The notes: generated by a model not told the origin, from the sequence alone. DNA of 63,941 bases, filler included, from Methanobacteriota archaeon (GCA_024860865.1; 7 parts of 7 records of this genome joined end to end with filler, not necessarily neighbours in it), one strand, 5' to 3'. Positions 40,050 to 51,298 are shown, numbered from the whole stretch's first letter. Program-made: numbers and translations.

Positions 40050-40272
40050 TGTGAGTTTGATTAAAGAAAAGAATTCTCCTCAAGATTCTAAAACGCAAGA
40101 AACTGAATATGAAGATGTAATTTTGGGAGAAATAGAAGATCTAAGAAAAAGGATAATTGAACAACAAAAAATATTCGAAGAGCGATTGGAAGCAGAAATG
40201 AAATTCAATTTAGAAAAATTAAAAGTTATAGAAAAGCTTCGAAAAGAAAGATCAAATTTGATTCCAACTTAG
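40050..40272 (+). CDS. Hypothetical coiled-coil protein (start uncertain)
   Basis: Charged helical ORF. Confidence 0.45.
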
Positions 40273-40430
40273 AAAGTAATTGATAAAAGATAGGAAAAAA
40301 GATGGTGAACAAAGGAGAACTAGAAGAAAGTATATTTAATTACTTTTGAGGTAGACATCGACTATATTGCTTATTGATAATTGTTGCTATCAATCCTTTT
40401 GAAAATTAAAAAAATTATAAATCAAAAAAG

Positions 40431-40742
40431 CTATGAGTGAAGCTCTATTTCAATTGCCACTCCCTCTGGGACTTGAACGCGCATAATTTGTCTAAGTGCA
40501 CGCTCATCTGCTTCGATATCAATTAACCGCTTATGAATGCGCATTTCCCAATGATCCCAAGTAGCCGAACCTTCTCCATCCGGTGATTTGCGAACAGGGA
40601 CAACTAACTTTTTTGTTGGAAGCGGGATTGGACCTGAAATTTCGATTCCAGTTCTTTCAACAATTTTTTTTACTTGATTGCATACATCATCAAGTTTCTT
40701 TGGGTCAGTTCCTGTGAGCCTAATGCGCGCTTTCTGAGCCAT
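40431..40742 (-). CDS. rps10: Ribosomal protein uS10
   Basis: [19 protein letters not shown]. Confidence 0.97.
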   Translation of the reverse strand: MAQKARIRLTGTDPKKLDDVCNQVKKIVERTGIEISGPIPLPTKKLVVPVRKSPDGEGSATWDHWEMRIHKRLIDIEADERALRQIMRVQVPEGVAIEIELHS

Positions 40743-40772
40743 CTCTCAACCACAATTGAAAAATTAATGAAA

Positions 40773-42047
40773 TTACTTGCCAGACACAATGTCAAGTACA
40801 ACTCCAGCAGCTATAGTCATCCCCATATCTCTAATTGCAAATCTTGAGAGCTGTGGTATTTCATTCGCTTTTTCGAGAACTAGTGACCTAGTTGGTTTAA
40901 AGCGAACAATTGCTGCATCGCCAGTTTTTAGGAAATCTGGTTTCTCTTTCTTTGTTTCACCAGTTCTTGGATCAATTGTCTTAACAAGTTCAATGAATGT
41001 ACAAGCAATTTGAGCCGTGTGTGCATGAAACACAGGAGTGTATCCAGCTGCGATTGCCGTTGGATGCTGTATTACAACAATTTGTCCAGTAAATTCTTTC
41101 ACAACTGTTGGTGGTTTATCTGTGTGTCCAGCAACATCTCCGCGCTTAATGTCCCCTTTACCAACGCCTCGAACGTTAAATCCGATATTGTCGCCGGGTT
41201 CAGCCTGTGGAATCGTTTCGTGATGCATTTCAATGGACTTTACTTCGCCTTTTATGCCAGCAGGTTCAAAAATAATAGTTTCTCCAGTTTTAATAATTCC
41301 TGTTTCAACTCGACCTACCGGCACAGTGCCAATACCAGTAATAGTATAGACATCTTGAACTGGGATGCGCAATGGCAAGTTTATAGGTTTCTCTGGTATT
41401 TTTATGGCATTGAAAGCGTCAATCAAGGTTTGGCCAGTATACCATTTCATTTTATCATTGCGTTTGGTTATATTCTCGGCGCTTGCATAAGATGCAATTG
41501 GTATAAATGATATTTGTTCTGGTTTATATCCGACTGACTTAAGGAGTTTTTCCAGTTCTCCTTTAAGTTCATCATACCTTTTATTATCGTAATTGACTCT
41601 ATCCATTTTATTTATTGCAACAATAAGTTGTGGGATACCTATCGTTCGTGCTAGGAAAGTATGTTCTCTAGTCTGAGGTTTAATTCCATCAGCGGCATCA
41701 ACGACTAATAAAGCAGCATCAGCTTGTGAAGCACCAGTGATCATATTTTTAACGAAGTCACGGTGGCCGGGAGCATCGATGATTGTAAAATAGTATTTGT
41801 CTGTCTCGAATCTTGTATGGGACAAGTCAATTGTTAAACCGCGCTCTCGCTCTTCCTTTAAGCGGTCAAGAACAAATGCTAGTTCAAAAGTTTCTTTGCC
41901 ATATGCTTTAGCTTCTTCTTTTAGCTTTTTAATTTCTATTTCACTTACAGCACCAGTTTCGTAGAGAATTCTACCTACTGTTGTAGATTTACCATGGTCT
42001 ACATGACCGATTGTAATCAGGTTTAAGTGAGGTTTTTTCTCGGGCAT
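40773..42047 (-). CDS. tuf: Elongation factor 1-alpha
   Basis: [21 protein letters not shown]. Confidence 0.97.
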   Translation of the reverse strand: MPEKKPHLNLITIGHVDHGKSTTVGRILYETGAVSEIEIKKLKEEAKAYGKETFELAFVLDRLKEERERGLTIDLSHTRFETDKYYFTIIDAPGHRDFVKNMITGASQADAALLVVDAADGIKPQTREHTFLARTIGIPQLIVAINKMDRVNYDNKRYDELKGELEKLLKSVGYKPEQISFIPIASYASAENITKRNDKMKWYTGQTLIDAFNAIKIPEKPINLPLRIPVQDVYTITGIGTVPVGRVETGIIKTGETIIFEPAGIKGEVKSIEMHHETIPQAEPGDNIGFNVRGVGKGDIKRGDVAGHTDKPPTVVKEFTGQIVVIQHPTAIAAGYTPVFHAHTAQIACTFIELVKTIDPRTGETKKEKPDFLKTGDAAIVRFKPTRSLVLEKANEIPQLSRFAIRDMGMTIAAGVVLDIVSGK

Positions 42048-42444
42048 TCGCATCCTCCTTTTAGGTGATAATACAGCATACAAGCTCTAATTTAATACTT
42101 TTTGTTTAGGATTTCCTAAATAAGTTTATCTTGAGTTTCGTCTGGACTTTTTTAAGGTAACTTAGGCAATTAAGTCATTTATCTAACAATTGCTGGCACT
42201 TAATGACGGAATTTGAGTCACCAAGTGCGAGTTATGCTTTGGGAGCTTTTAATTAGCTTTAATTACCTGAAATTGTAAGTTATAGCTTCAGTAATCTAGA
42301 GAACGTAAATAAATACTTTTTCTATAATTCTATCTAGAGTGGTTAAGGACAAATTTTTCTAGCTCCAAAATTTTCAAAATATTCTATTGTGAAAGCCCTA
42401 ATGAGAAAGTCAGAAAATAAGTTTCTTAGTAAAGCAAAAAACCA

Positions 42445-44652
42445 TTACCTTAAGAAATCCTCTGCCTTAGGTACCACATCTACTTTTAGACCCTTTCTAC
42501 CACGTATCTCAGTTATGCGCTGCATTTGCAGCTCCCTAGGTAACTCTTCGAAGCTCTCAAATTGGACGCTCCACAATGCTTTGCCCTGAGTACCACTGCG
42601 AATAGCATCGCTAAAATCAAGCATGGTTTCGACCGGGGCTTTTGCATTAACCACCATTTGTTCATCTTCAGTATTAACGTCGATAATTTGCCCGCGCCTA
42701 GTTTGGAGTTCTCTTGTAGCTATACCCAGCATCTCTGTTGGTACTCTAATCAACACCCTGAGTTTAGGCTCTAATAATGTTGGGACAGCAGATAATATCG
42801 CGGCATAGATGCCGTTCCTTAAGGCCGGAACTATCTGCCCAGGTGAGCGGTGACTCGGATCAACATGAATCACAGCATCCAAAAGTTTGACTTTGAGGCC
42901 AGAAACTCTTTCTTTGCATAGTGGTCCTTCGTCTACAGCTAATTCAACTGCATCCATAATGCTTTCCATAACTTCTTCAACATATTGTCTTCCCCTTACC
43001 ATATTAACCAACATGTTTGTGCCAAAAATAACCGTTACGTTTTTACCCTCTTCAGTATCCATACCAAACTCACGTAATTTGCGAGCTAGTGCTTTTCTAT
43101 CTTTAACTTTACCTTGAGCAATTTCTCCATCACGTAAGGCTTCATAAATTCTTGGCTCGAGAGGCTCAACTGCCACAATAAATCGGTTCAGTCTATTCTG
43201 TGTTTTTACTTCTAACTCTGGACTCGTTTTCTTCACAGCTTCGCGGTAGGTGACAATTGGTGGAGAAACTTTGACTTTAAGCCCAAGATCCTTCAATTGT
43301 GCTTCGACTATCTCTATGTGCAATGATCCCATAGTTTCAATTATATTTGCACCAGTTTCTTCGTCAATTCTGAATTTGATTGTAGGATCAGTTGTAGAGA
43401 TTAATTTTAGCGTCTCAATGAGTTTAGGTAGCTGTTTCACATCTAATGGCTCGATTGACGCGGACATGACTGGTTCGCTGACGTATCTTAAACTCTCAAA
43501 AGGAGTGATATCCAAACCCTGTTCTACTAGCGTTTCGCCGACAATCAATGGAACTCCGGAGATTGCAGCGATATTACCAGCAGGGATTTCGTCTATCAAG
43601 TCCTTGTCCTTTCCAAGATACAGGTAAACCTTCCCAATAGTGCCGCTGGTTTTTTGCGATAACATATATACTTGTTTTCCAACTTTTGCGGTTCCACTCA
43701 ATACCCTACCAATTCCTATGAGCCCAGCATGCGGATCTGTTTCAACGTGGGTAACAACCATGATAAGCGGGCCACTAGGATCTTGTGCCAGTATCTTCTG
43801 TCCCATCTCTGAGGCAGCATCTCCTGGCCACATCTTCGACAAGCGCAGTTTGATACCACTTATGGGATCGGGTAGATTTGGAATTATCATTTCTAATAAT
43901 GCTTCATGTAACGGGCTAAGCTTAGCTAATTCTTCTGCTTTGCTTTCATTAATATATCTAATAATATCTTTGAAAGTTATACCTTTCTTTTTTATCATTT
44001 GAATATTTAGACCAAACTTAAATTTTGCACTGCCAAATGTAACAGTCCCTTTCATAACATCTACGCGCCACTCTTTCCTGAATTCTTCCGGTGCATATTT
44101 ATCGATCAGCTTGTTTACATCAGATACTATCTCAATCAACTTTTGTTGCAGCTCTTCAGGGGTGAGACGTAAAGTAGAAATGAGCAAATCTATTTTGTTT
44201 ACGTAGAGCACTGGTTTAACTCGCTCCGATAATGCCTGACGTACCACAGTTTCAGTTTGCGTCTGCACTCCCTCGGATGCATCTATAACTATCATTACAC
44301 CATCCGCAGCGCGAAGCGCGCGAGTTACCATGCCAGTGAAATCTATATGACCGGGAGTATCGATCACTTCTAGTAGTACCTGCTTATCTTTGAATGTGAG
44401 CGGTAAAACGGCAGCAGACGCGAAAACAGTCATTTGCCGCTCTTGTTCTACATGCCAAGCATCAAGCACTAGGGCCTCACCAGCCCTTGCTACACTAAGC
44501 AGTCCGGCAGCTGCAATTAGGCTATCTGCTGTTGTGGTCTTGCCATGGTCAACATGTGCGGCGATTGCCATAAGTCGGGTATCAGCATAGTTATGCTCGC
44601 TCATTTTTTTGGCTGCAACTTCAGTAACTTTATATTTGGCCACTGTTTTCAC
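42445..44652 (-). CDS. fusA: Elongation factor 2, divergent
   Basis: AHVDHGKTT, DTPGH, NKID; follows rps7. Confidence 0.93.
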   Translation of the reverse strand: MKTVAKYKVTEVAAKKMSEHNYADTRLMAIAAHVDHGKTTTADSLIAAAGLLSVARAGEALVLDAWHVEQERQMTVFASAAVLPLTFKDKQVLLEVIDTPGHIDFTGMVTRALRAADGVMIVIDASEGVQTQTETVVRQALSERVKPVLYVNKIDLLISTLRLTPEELQQKLIEIVSDVNKLIDKYAPEEFRKEWRVDVMKGTVTFGSAKFKFGLNIQMIKKKGITFKDIIRYINESKAEELAKLSPLHEALLEMIIPNLPDPISGIKLRLSKMWPGDAASEMGQKILAQDPSGPLIMVVTHVETDPHAGLIGIGRVLSGTAKVGKQVYMLSQKTSGTIGKVYLYLGKDKDLIDEIPAGNIAAISGVPLIVGETLVEQGLDITPFESLRYVSEPVMSASIEPLDVKQLPKLIETLKLISTTDPTIKFRIDEETGANIIETMGSLHIEIVEAQLKDLGLKVKVSPPIVTYREAVKKTSPELEVKTQNRLNRFIVAVEPLEPRIYEALRDGEIAQGKVKDRKALARKLREFGMDTEEGKNVTVIFGTNMLVNMVRGRQYVEEVMESIMDAVELAVDEGPLCKERVSGLKVKLLDAVIHVDPSHRSPGQIVPALRNGIYAAILSAVPTLLEPKLRVLIRVPTEMLGIATRELQTRRGQIIDVNTEDEQMVVNAKAPVETMLDFSDAIRSGTQGKALWSVQFESFEELPRELQMQRITEIRGRKGLKVDVVPKAEDFLR

Positions 44653-44679
44653 CTTGGTTTGTTCTAAATACTTTTTTCA

Positions 44680-45246
44680 CTATCGCGAGGACTGTGCTAT
44701 TCGTTCAATTTCATCTTTTTTTAGAATTGCTTTGCTTTTGGGGTCATTATTGGCCGAAGCAATAATTTCCTCAGCTAAACATTCATAGATTGGCTTTGGA
44801 TTTTTAAAAGTTGCTTGAGATGCAGCTTGGGCAATCAATCTCAAGGCAAAGTCAACTCGGCGCTGAGGAGCAACATCAACAGCAGTATGATATGTTATGC
44901 CACCATATTTTAAGCGAGTAGTTTCTTCTCTGGGAGCAGCATTTTCAATTGCATTAATTAAAACTTGAATTGGATTTTTCTTGGTCTTTTGATTGACAAT
45001 TTCAAATGTTTTTTTCATAATATTGTATGCTTTGTGTTTTTCACCGGTTGCAAATTCAGTACGCATCATATTATTGATTAAGCGTTCGACAATCGATACA
45101 TCTGCCTTTGAAAATCGTTTTCGAGCGTGGCGGCCTGAAGTGTGAGGGACCACTATTGGTTTTAAAGAAATATAACGTTTCAAACCAACATCACGAACTT
45201 CAACGTTACTAGGATCCCATTTATCGAAAATTTTAGTAGTGATCAT
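44680..45246 (-). CDS. rps7: Ribosomal protein uS7
   Basis: PHTSGRH, PREETTR, PQRRVD. Confidence 0.97.
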   Translation of the reverse strand: MITTKIFDKWDPSNVEVRDVGLKRYISLKPIVVPHTSGRHARKRFSKADVSIVERLINNMMRTEFATGEKHKAYNIMKKTFEIVNQKTKKNPIQVLINAIENAAPREETTRLKYGGITYHTAVDVAPQRRVDFALRLIAQAASQATFKNPKPIYECLAEEIIASANNDPKSKAILKKDEIERIAQSSR

Positions 45247-45250
45247 AGTT

Positions 45251-47191
45251 TTACCTCAATGGTTTTTCTTTTTTGCCTTTTATCAACTCCGGTAGAGCAA
45301 CTCCATTGACTTTTACAACTTTGTACTTTACACCGGGGATATCCCCAATTGGGCCCCCCAATGATCCGCCGAGACCTTCAACAACCACTTCATCATGTTC
45401 GGCAATGAAATTTATAGCGCCATCACCCGGAGCAAATGCTGTAATTTGCCGTCCATTTTTGATCAATTGGACCCGAACGCAATTAGAAACTAAAAAGCCG
45501 TTAGCAAAGAAATTATGATTTTCACTCAAGGTGGTAAAGTCTCTAACATCGCCGATTTGTACTGGTTCTTTTGTAACTATGGTTTCCCATACAACTCCAT
45601 TCTTTAGATTTGAGGAAGCTTTTCTAAGCCAAACATTAAACTTCATAAACTGTGTAGTACTTCCGATTTTTTCATGATATTTCACACCATAACAAACCCA
45701 GTAGTTAACATTACTATACTTTATTTCATTAAACCCAAGCTCATGAAGTTTCTTTACTATTTTTCCTATGGATAGTCCTTCTTTTCTTAATTTCATCGCG
45801 ACTTTAAATGCTTCAATTCTTTTTTCTATATTCATTTTCCTAAGAAGAATGTATTCATAAGCATATCTTGCAAGTGTTTCTCTTTTACTGTTAAACTTAT
45901 ATCCAATTTTTCCAAATAAGTTTATTAAGTTATCATGATTCGATGCTATATACACCCATATTTTTTCGGTTTCTTTTCCATCCTTTCTCAAGACAGATGG
46001 TTTTGGTTTAGATTCATGTGCCGATATACCAAATTCTTTTAACATTTTCTTTATGTCGTTAATAAAATCATACGCATTAGGTATGAATTCTTTGATTTTA
46101 CTCATAGCAAAAGAAGGTGTTTGAAAAGTATTACCGCCTTTATCTCTTGGCTTCTCTAACTCACTTCCAAAGAAGCTAGCCAGAAATTCTTTCTTAACCC
46201 ATAAAGAAGCTTTTTTAATCCATTCTGGAGCCGTATATTTAGTTTTAGTTTTATCTCCAGCGGGAGCACCAAGTAGCTTCAGTAGTGTACATAAAACAGA
46301 AGAAGAGCAACTAAGGTAGTAAGATTTTCCAGATATTTTATGAATTCCGCTTCTAACTTTTATTAAGCTTGTACTTTTTCGTGATTTTACTTCAGAAGAG
46401 TGAAATCCAAGGGTTTGAATGTCTTTTCTTATAAGCTCTAAATCTTCTGGGTCGCCACTTGCGATAAACTTAAATGAATTGCCCTTGTTATATAATGTTC
46501 CATCACCGAATACATGCCCTATTAATCTAATAATAATCGGTAATTTTTCGTTATCTAACTTCAAAGGTAAAAGTCCTTTTTCTTTCAATTTTTTAATAAT
46601 TCGGAATTTCCCAGTTTCCCTGATGGCATCATCTTCACTGAGAATAACTGTCTCACTACTTTCATATAGAGGCGGGTCATAAGGATAAATTATAACCCTA
46701 TCTCCAACATTTAAATCTCTAACTTCTATTTTTCCTCTTTCCGTAAATATTGGATGGTCTTCTGTGGCTACAATATACCTTCCGCTTTCTGAAGTAATTT
46801 TGAAAACTTTTTTATTTTCCAAAACTGGATTTACTTTAAAATAATCTACTAAAGAAGAACATTCAAGTTCTCCAGGGTTTGATGAATAAGTAACTACATT
46901 ATATTTTCTCCACCAATTCTCTAAATCTTTCATAGTAGTGCAAATTCCATCTGAGAGCAAAACCCTTGTATCAGGAGATACGCATTTCCTAATTCCACTA
47001 TGTGGTTGCTTTGCTTCAAGCCCAACTTTTTCCAGGACGATACCCCTTGCCATGGGAGCTCCTTCCAATGGATCGGCTTTAACGTCTAATCTAAGCATTT
47101 TTCGTTTGTAAAAGATGTCGCTCCGCCTAAATTTTAGTCGCCTAAAGCTAAGTTTTCGAGCTGCATACATTCCTTTTGGTTTATCAGCCAT
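45251..47191 (-). CDS. rps12: Ribosomal protein uS12 precursor with intein (145-aa extein)
   Basis: [11 protein letters not shown] / [10 protein letters not shown]...PGDG split by a 501-aa insert. Confidence 0.95.
   Translation of the reverse strand: MADKPKGMYAARKLSFRRLKFRRSDIFYKRKMLRLDVKADPLEGAPMARGIVLEKVGLEAKQPHSGIRKCVSPDTRVLLSDGICTTMKDLENWWRKYNVVTYSSNPGELECSSLVDYFKVNPVLENKKVFKITSESGRYIVATEDHPIFTERGKIEVRDLNVGDRVIIYPYDPPLYESSETVILSEDDAIRETGKFRIIKKLKEKGLLPLKLDNEKLPIIIRLIGHVFGDGTLYNKGNSFKFIASGDPEDLELIRKDIQTLGFHSSEVKSRKSTSLIKVRSGIHKISGKSYYLSCSSSVLCTLLKLLGAPAGDKTKTKYTAPEWIKKASLWVKKEFLASFFGSELEKPRDKGGNTFQTPSFAMSKIKEFIPNAYDFINDIKKMLKEFGISAHESKPKPSVLRKDGKETEKIWVYIASNHDNLINLFGKIGYKFNSKRETLARYAYEYILLRKMNIEKRIEAFKVAMKLRKEGLSIGKIVKKLHELGFNEIKYSNVNYWVCYGVKYHEKIGSTTQFMKFNVWLRKASSNLKNGVVWETIVTKEPVQIGDVRDFTTLSENHNFFANGFLVSNCVRVQLIKNGRQITAFAPGDGAINFIAEHDEVVVEGLGGSLGGPIGDIPGVKYKVVKVNGVALPELIKGKKEKPLR
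45482..46984 (-). mobile_element. Intein with LAGLIDADG endonuclease in uS12
   Basis: Starts CVSPDT, block [18 protein letters not shown], ends [12 protein letters not shown] before Cys+1. Confidence 0.93.
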
Positions 47192-47447
47192 TGTTTCACC
47201 TTATAATAGCTAAATAATACTTTAGCAGATGTTGTTTAAGGGTTTTAAAAGCTAACCTTTAGCAGTATAAACCTTTCTGTTAAATTTATTATAATTACGG
47301 CCTTAAATTATTTGTTCTCGATAAGATTAAACTTGTTTTTAAAGTTGGAAAATTGCTCTTTAATCAACTTAAGGCTTTGTAATGGATTTAAAAACAATTG
47401 TAAAATTGTTAAGCACAAAATAAGCATTTCTTTGTAAGAGAGATAAA

Positions 47448-47882
47448 TCACTTTATTAGCACATCATCGATTCCATAATGTCTTTTTGCAAATACTTTTG
47501 CCTTTAATATATTGACCCCGTCTTTTCCTATCGCTAAACCTTTATTTCGTTCATCTACTTCAACAATAGCAACTTTCTTTCCATCTTTTTTATCCATGAG
47601 AGATATATTTTTCACAAGAACTGGGGCAAAGAGATTCTTTATGAATTCAATTGGATCTTCGGAATGCTCAACAACTTCAATCGCTTTTCCTATCATTTTT
47701 CTAACTTTAGAAATATTGCTGCCTTTCTTTCCTATTGCTATCCCCATCTCTCCTTTCTTCACAACGAATACTATTCTGTTATTTCTATCATCAACAAAGC
47801 AATCCTTTATGAGTGCTCCAGTTGAGCCTTCAAAGAGAGCAATATATCGGATGCCTTCATTGGTGAGTTTTAGTTCGGCTAT
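47448..47882 (-). CDS. nusA: Archaeal NusA, probable ATA start
   Basis: ELKLTNEGIRYIALFE...AIGKKG, AIGKDG KH motifs. Confidence 0.92.
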   Translation of the reverse strand: MAELKLTNEGIRYIALFEGSTGALIKDCFVDDRNNRIVFVVKKGEMGIAIGKKGSNISKVRKMIGKAIEVVEHSEDPIEFIKNLFAPVLVKNISLMDKKDGKKVAIVEVDERNKGLAIGKDGVNILKAKVFAKRHYGIDDVLIK

Positions 47883-48190
47883 TATTGGGCCCCCTCAACA
47901 GCGTGTAGAATATCTGAGTTGCCAGGATCTTTAACAGCTAAAGCAGAAATGCCGAATGGCTTCCCACATATCGGTCCAAGCTCAACATTAGCTGCATGAT
48001 GGGTATAAACTGGAATTCCTGAAAGTGCAGCATAATATATAATATCTTCTCTTACATTGCTTGGACAATTAGCTGCTACTATAATTAATTTAGCTTTTCC
48101 TAGCTTAGCCATATCGATAGTTTTTTCAGATCCAATTACAACTTCACCAGTTTCAATAGCAACGCGAAGCGCTTTGTTTATATCAACCAT
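47882..48190 (-). CDS. rpl30e: Ribosomal protein eL30
   Basis: GEVVIG, ELGPICGKPF. Confidence 0.95.
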   Translation of the reverse strand: MVDINKALRVAIETGEVVIGSEKTIDMAKLGKAKLIIVAANCPSNVREDIIYYAALSGIPVYTHHAANVELGPICGKPFGISALAVKDPGNSDILHAVEGAQ

Positions 48191-48217
48191 TATTTACCTC
48201 AAAAAATTTGTACTCGA

Positions 48218-50794
48218 TTATTTGACTTTCGGTTGGCGCATCACTAGCTCGACTGTTCCAGTTCCTAGTGAAACTGGTTGGCCAACTATGACATTCTCTA
48301 TTACACCTGCTAGGTTATCAGATTCGCCACGCAGGCTAGCATTTAGCAGATGATCAACTGTTACTTCAAATGATGCACGAGCCAATACGCTTGCTTTCTC
48401 TCCACTTACACCATGGCGACCTATAGATTTAACTCTTCCATCTACTGTCATCATGTCAGCAACGAGCATTATATGTCGAAGGTCTACTGTTAAGCCCTGT
48501 TCATCAAGAGTTTTAATAGCTTCTTGAATTGTTGCATTTCTAGCGGCTTCGATACCCAATACTTCTTCCACTTCATTTATGTCATTAGTATATGTCCTGC
48601 TAGCATCAACGCCAGGAATTTTTAAGACATCCGCTAAATTTGAACCTTCGGTGTAAATGATGTACTGATTGATTTCTTTTCTTAGGACTATCCTTCGAAT
48701 GCCTTCAACGCCCTTTAGGCGCATCTCTTTAATTTTAGTTACCAACCGGCGCATCTCTTGCGCTGTAGCTTTCTTTAACTTGATAAAAATGCGATTGGTT
48801 CTAACATGAACACTTTCCTCAATAGTTTTTTCAATATGTTCCACAATTTCATCTATAGTTAGTTCATGTGCTTTTAAACGGTCTTCATCTAATTCAACCA
48901 CGACTCTAAACTCGCTAAAATCAACTTCGATGTTTTTGGCCACATTTGCGATGGTTACTCGTTCAATTTCTTTTGCAACTTTCTTTGCTTTCTCCAGGTT
49001 TTTGGAAATATTTTCTTCAAGATAAATAGTCATCATTGGGGTAGAAGGAGTCTTTCTAGCATCAACTATTTCGATTAGCCTAGGCAAACCAAGAGTGACA
49101 TTTATTTCTGCTACACCCGCATAGTGGAATGTGCGCATAGTATTATGAGTTATTATACCACTAGAAGTGGCAAAGGTTTCTAATCCTTTAACAGAGATAT
49201 CATACACATAGTTTGTTTTAGGTTTTTTATAAGATATCTCAACTATTTCATCCCATACAACATCAGCATCGAACATTTTCCTTAGTATCTTAAGTTCTTT
49301 TTCAACGTCAACATTTTTTCTTTTAGCTATACCTTCGAAAATTTTTATATACCTGTAAAGAGTTGTTCTACCAATTTTTTGTCTTTTAGTGAAATTATTC
49401 ACAAATCTCGTTGGATATTTTAATTTCTTTGCTATTCTATAAAATATATCCCCAAAGCCAGAAATCATATCTACAAAATCATATGATCTCTCTCTGAAAG
49501 ATTTGATAGCTAATTTAGACAATTTTCTTAGTTTTCCCTTATTGGTTTTTATATCAGAGCCAATTTTAGCCAAGAATGTAGGAGCATACTTATAAGGAAT
49601 AGTTAGCCAAAATCCCTTTTCCTTCAGTTTATTTGCAAATATACTGAATCTAGTTAAAAGCAAAGCCATTCCGTCAATCAACTCTTCTGAGTAAGAGGAA
49701 ACTCTAATAACCCCTCTTTCAACATTGATATTTCCATCACCATCAAAATAACCTCTTAGTAAACCAGCCACGAATCTCTCGTCTGCACTATAAGCAAATT
49801 CAGGGACTTTCTTTAAATTAGATCCATTATTACATGTTCTTTCAAGCATGTGAGACAAAAGGCTAGAATTTATGTGGATATCATGTCCCTGTGAAAATCC
49901 TCTAAAATTATCGTATTCATTATAAGTAAATCTAAATTTTTTTGCAAATTCTCTTGTTTTAGAGAGAAAATTTTCATTCATGTTAGAAATTGAAATATAA
50001 TATTTTGTGCAATTGCCTTCTGATAAATAAGCTCCAATAAACCATCCGAATAATTTATCTAATTCTAGAATAGCTGGCAAGGGTTTACTATTTATAGTGC
50101 AAATGAATCCCTCACGGTTTACAAACCTTTTATTGGAGTTTCTATCGCAAGTATCAAAAATTGGATTTAAATCTAGAAATTGTTCACAATTTTCAGGTAA
50201 CATTTTAATAGCGGGTACCCTTTCTCCAACCCTTAATTCCTTACCAGATATCGGAACGATATGATTATCCTTCCTTATAACAAATGAATGGGAATCGGTT
50301 GCAACGATCTTTCTACCTGAACGAGTTTTAATTTTTATTAATTTTTCAGGGCTTTTATGTCTACTGCAGGATAATACTCTCTTCCATTCGATTTTTTCAT
50401 CTTGATTTAGGCTTGGTACAAAAAACTCTACATCTTCTGGCAAGTCACATACTTCGGATTCTCCTAGCTTTACAGAACCAAACTTTTTTATAAAATTATC
50501 AACAAACTTGCCTATTTCTACTGCCTTTATACTGTTCTCGTTTTTTATGACTATTTTTTCTGCATAATCTAAAGACATTTGGGTAGAAGGTTCGCCAATT
50601 GATTGCGCAGCAATTATGCCAACAGCCTCAGCTGGTTCAACGAGTGCTCGTTCGTATGCTTTTACTATTTCATTTATTACCTTATCAAGCTCTTTTTCCG
50701 TGAGTTTTAAGTCTGTTGCATGAGCTTTTAAATCTTCAATTATGTTATCTGGTAGATGATCTCTTAAAGCATTGATTTTTTGTTCAATCTTAGA
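48218..50794 (-). CDS. rpoA2: RNA polymerase subunit A'' with intein, 5' truncated
   Basis: AQSIGEPSTQM / TMRTFHYAG, GLPRLIE, RHIMLVAD. Confidence 0.95.
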   Translation of the reverse strand, partial: SKIEQKINALRDHLPDNIIEDLKAHATDLKLTEKELDKVINEIVKAYERALVEPAEAVGIIAAQSIGEPSTQMSLDYAEKIVIKNENSIKAVEIGKFVDNFIKKFGSVKLGESEVCDLPEDVEFFVPSLNQDEKIEWKRVLSCSRHKSPEKLIKIKTRSGRKIVATDSHSFVIRKDNHIVPISGKELRVGERVPAIKMLPENCEQFLDLNPIFDTCDRNSNKRFVNREGFICTINSKPLPAILELDKLFGWFIGAYLSEGNCTKYYISISNMNENFLSKTREFAKKFRFTYNEYDNFRGFSQGHDIHINSSLLSHMLERTCNNGSNLKKVPEFAYSADERFVAGLLRGYFDGDGNINVERGVIRVSSYSEELIDGMALLLTRFSIFANKLKEKGFWLTIPYKYAPTFLAKIGSDIKTNKGKLRKLSKLAIKSFRERSYDFVDMISGFGDIFYRIAKKLKYPTRFVNNFTKRQKIGRTTLYRYIKIFEGIAKRKNVDVEKELKILRKMFDADVVWDEIVEISYKKPKTNYVYDISVKGLETFATSSGIITHNTMRTFHYAGVAEINVTLGLPRLIEIVDARKTPSTPMMTIYLEENISKNLEKAKKVAKEIERVTIANVAKNIEVDFSEFRVVVELDEDRLKAHELTIDEIVEHIEKTIEESVHVRTNRIFIKLKKATAQEMRRLVTKIKEMRLKGVEGIRRIVLRKEINQYIIYTEGSNLADVLKIPGVDASRTYTNDINEVEEVLGIEAARNATIQEAIKTLDEQGLTVDLRHIMLVADMMTVDGRVKSIGRHGVSGEKASVLARASFEVTVDHLLNASLRGESDNLAGVIENVIVGQPVSLGTGTVELVMRQPKVK
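49142..50575 (-). mobile_element. Intein (478 aa) with LAGLIDADG endonuclease in RpoA''
   Basis: Starts SLDYAE; IGAYLSEG and LRGYFDGDG; ends IITHN before Thr+1. Confidence 0.93.
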
Positions 50795-50894
50795 NNNNNN
50801 NNNNNNNNNNNNNNNNNNNNNNNNNNNNNNNNNNNNNNTTAATTAATTAANNNNNNNNNNNNNNNNNNNNNNNNNNNNNNNNNNNNNNNNNNNN
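50795..50894. other. Artificial contig linker
   Basis: N44-TTAATTAATTAA-N44. Confidence 0.98.
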
Positions 50895-51293
50895 CCTAAT
50901 GCCCCAATTGCAGATGCTGTTAAAACAATGATCGAAAAAAACATTAGTTCTGTTATAGTTGGCAGTAATGATAAAGAAATTATTGGAATGTTTACTGAAA
51001 GAGATGTGTTGAGAGAGGTAGTGGCTAAAGGACTCGATGCAACAAAAGTATCTCTAATAGATGTGATGTGCAGCAAAGAACTAAAACATCTCATGTGTAG
51101 AGTGACAATAACAGTTAATGAAAATGCACCTATAGAAGAAGCTGCTGACAAAATGATGGGACGCTATATTAGGCATTTGCCGGTTACTAACGATGATGGA
51201 AAAATTGTAGGAATGGTAAGCGCAAGAACTGTAATGAATGCATTGAAATATGCAAATTTGAGGCGCAAGAGCGAACGCCTATACCTCTTCTAG
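50895..51293 (+). CDS. CBS-domain protein, 5' truncated
   Basis: GMFTERD, IRHLPV. Confidence 0.85.
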   Translation, partial: PNAPIADAVKTMIEKNISSVIVGSNDKEIIGMFTERDVLREVVAKGLDATKVSLIDVMCSKELKHLMCRVTITVNENAPIEEAADKMMGRYIRHLPVTNDDGKIVGMVSARTVMNALKYANLRRKSERLYLF

Positions 51294-51298
51294 TTACA

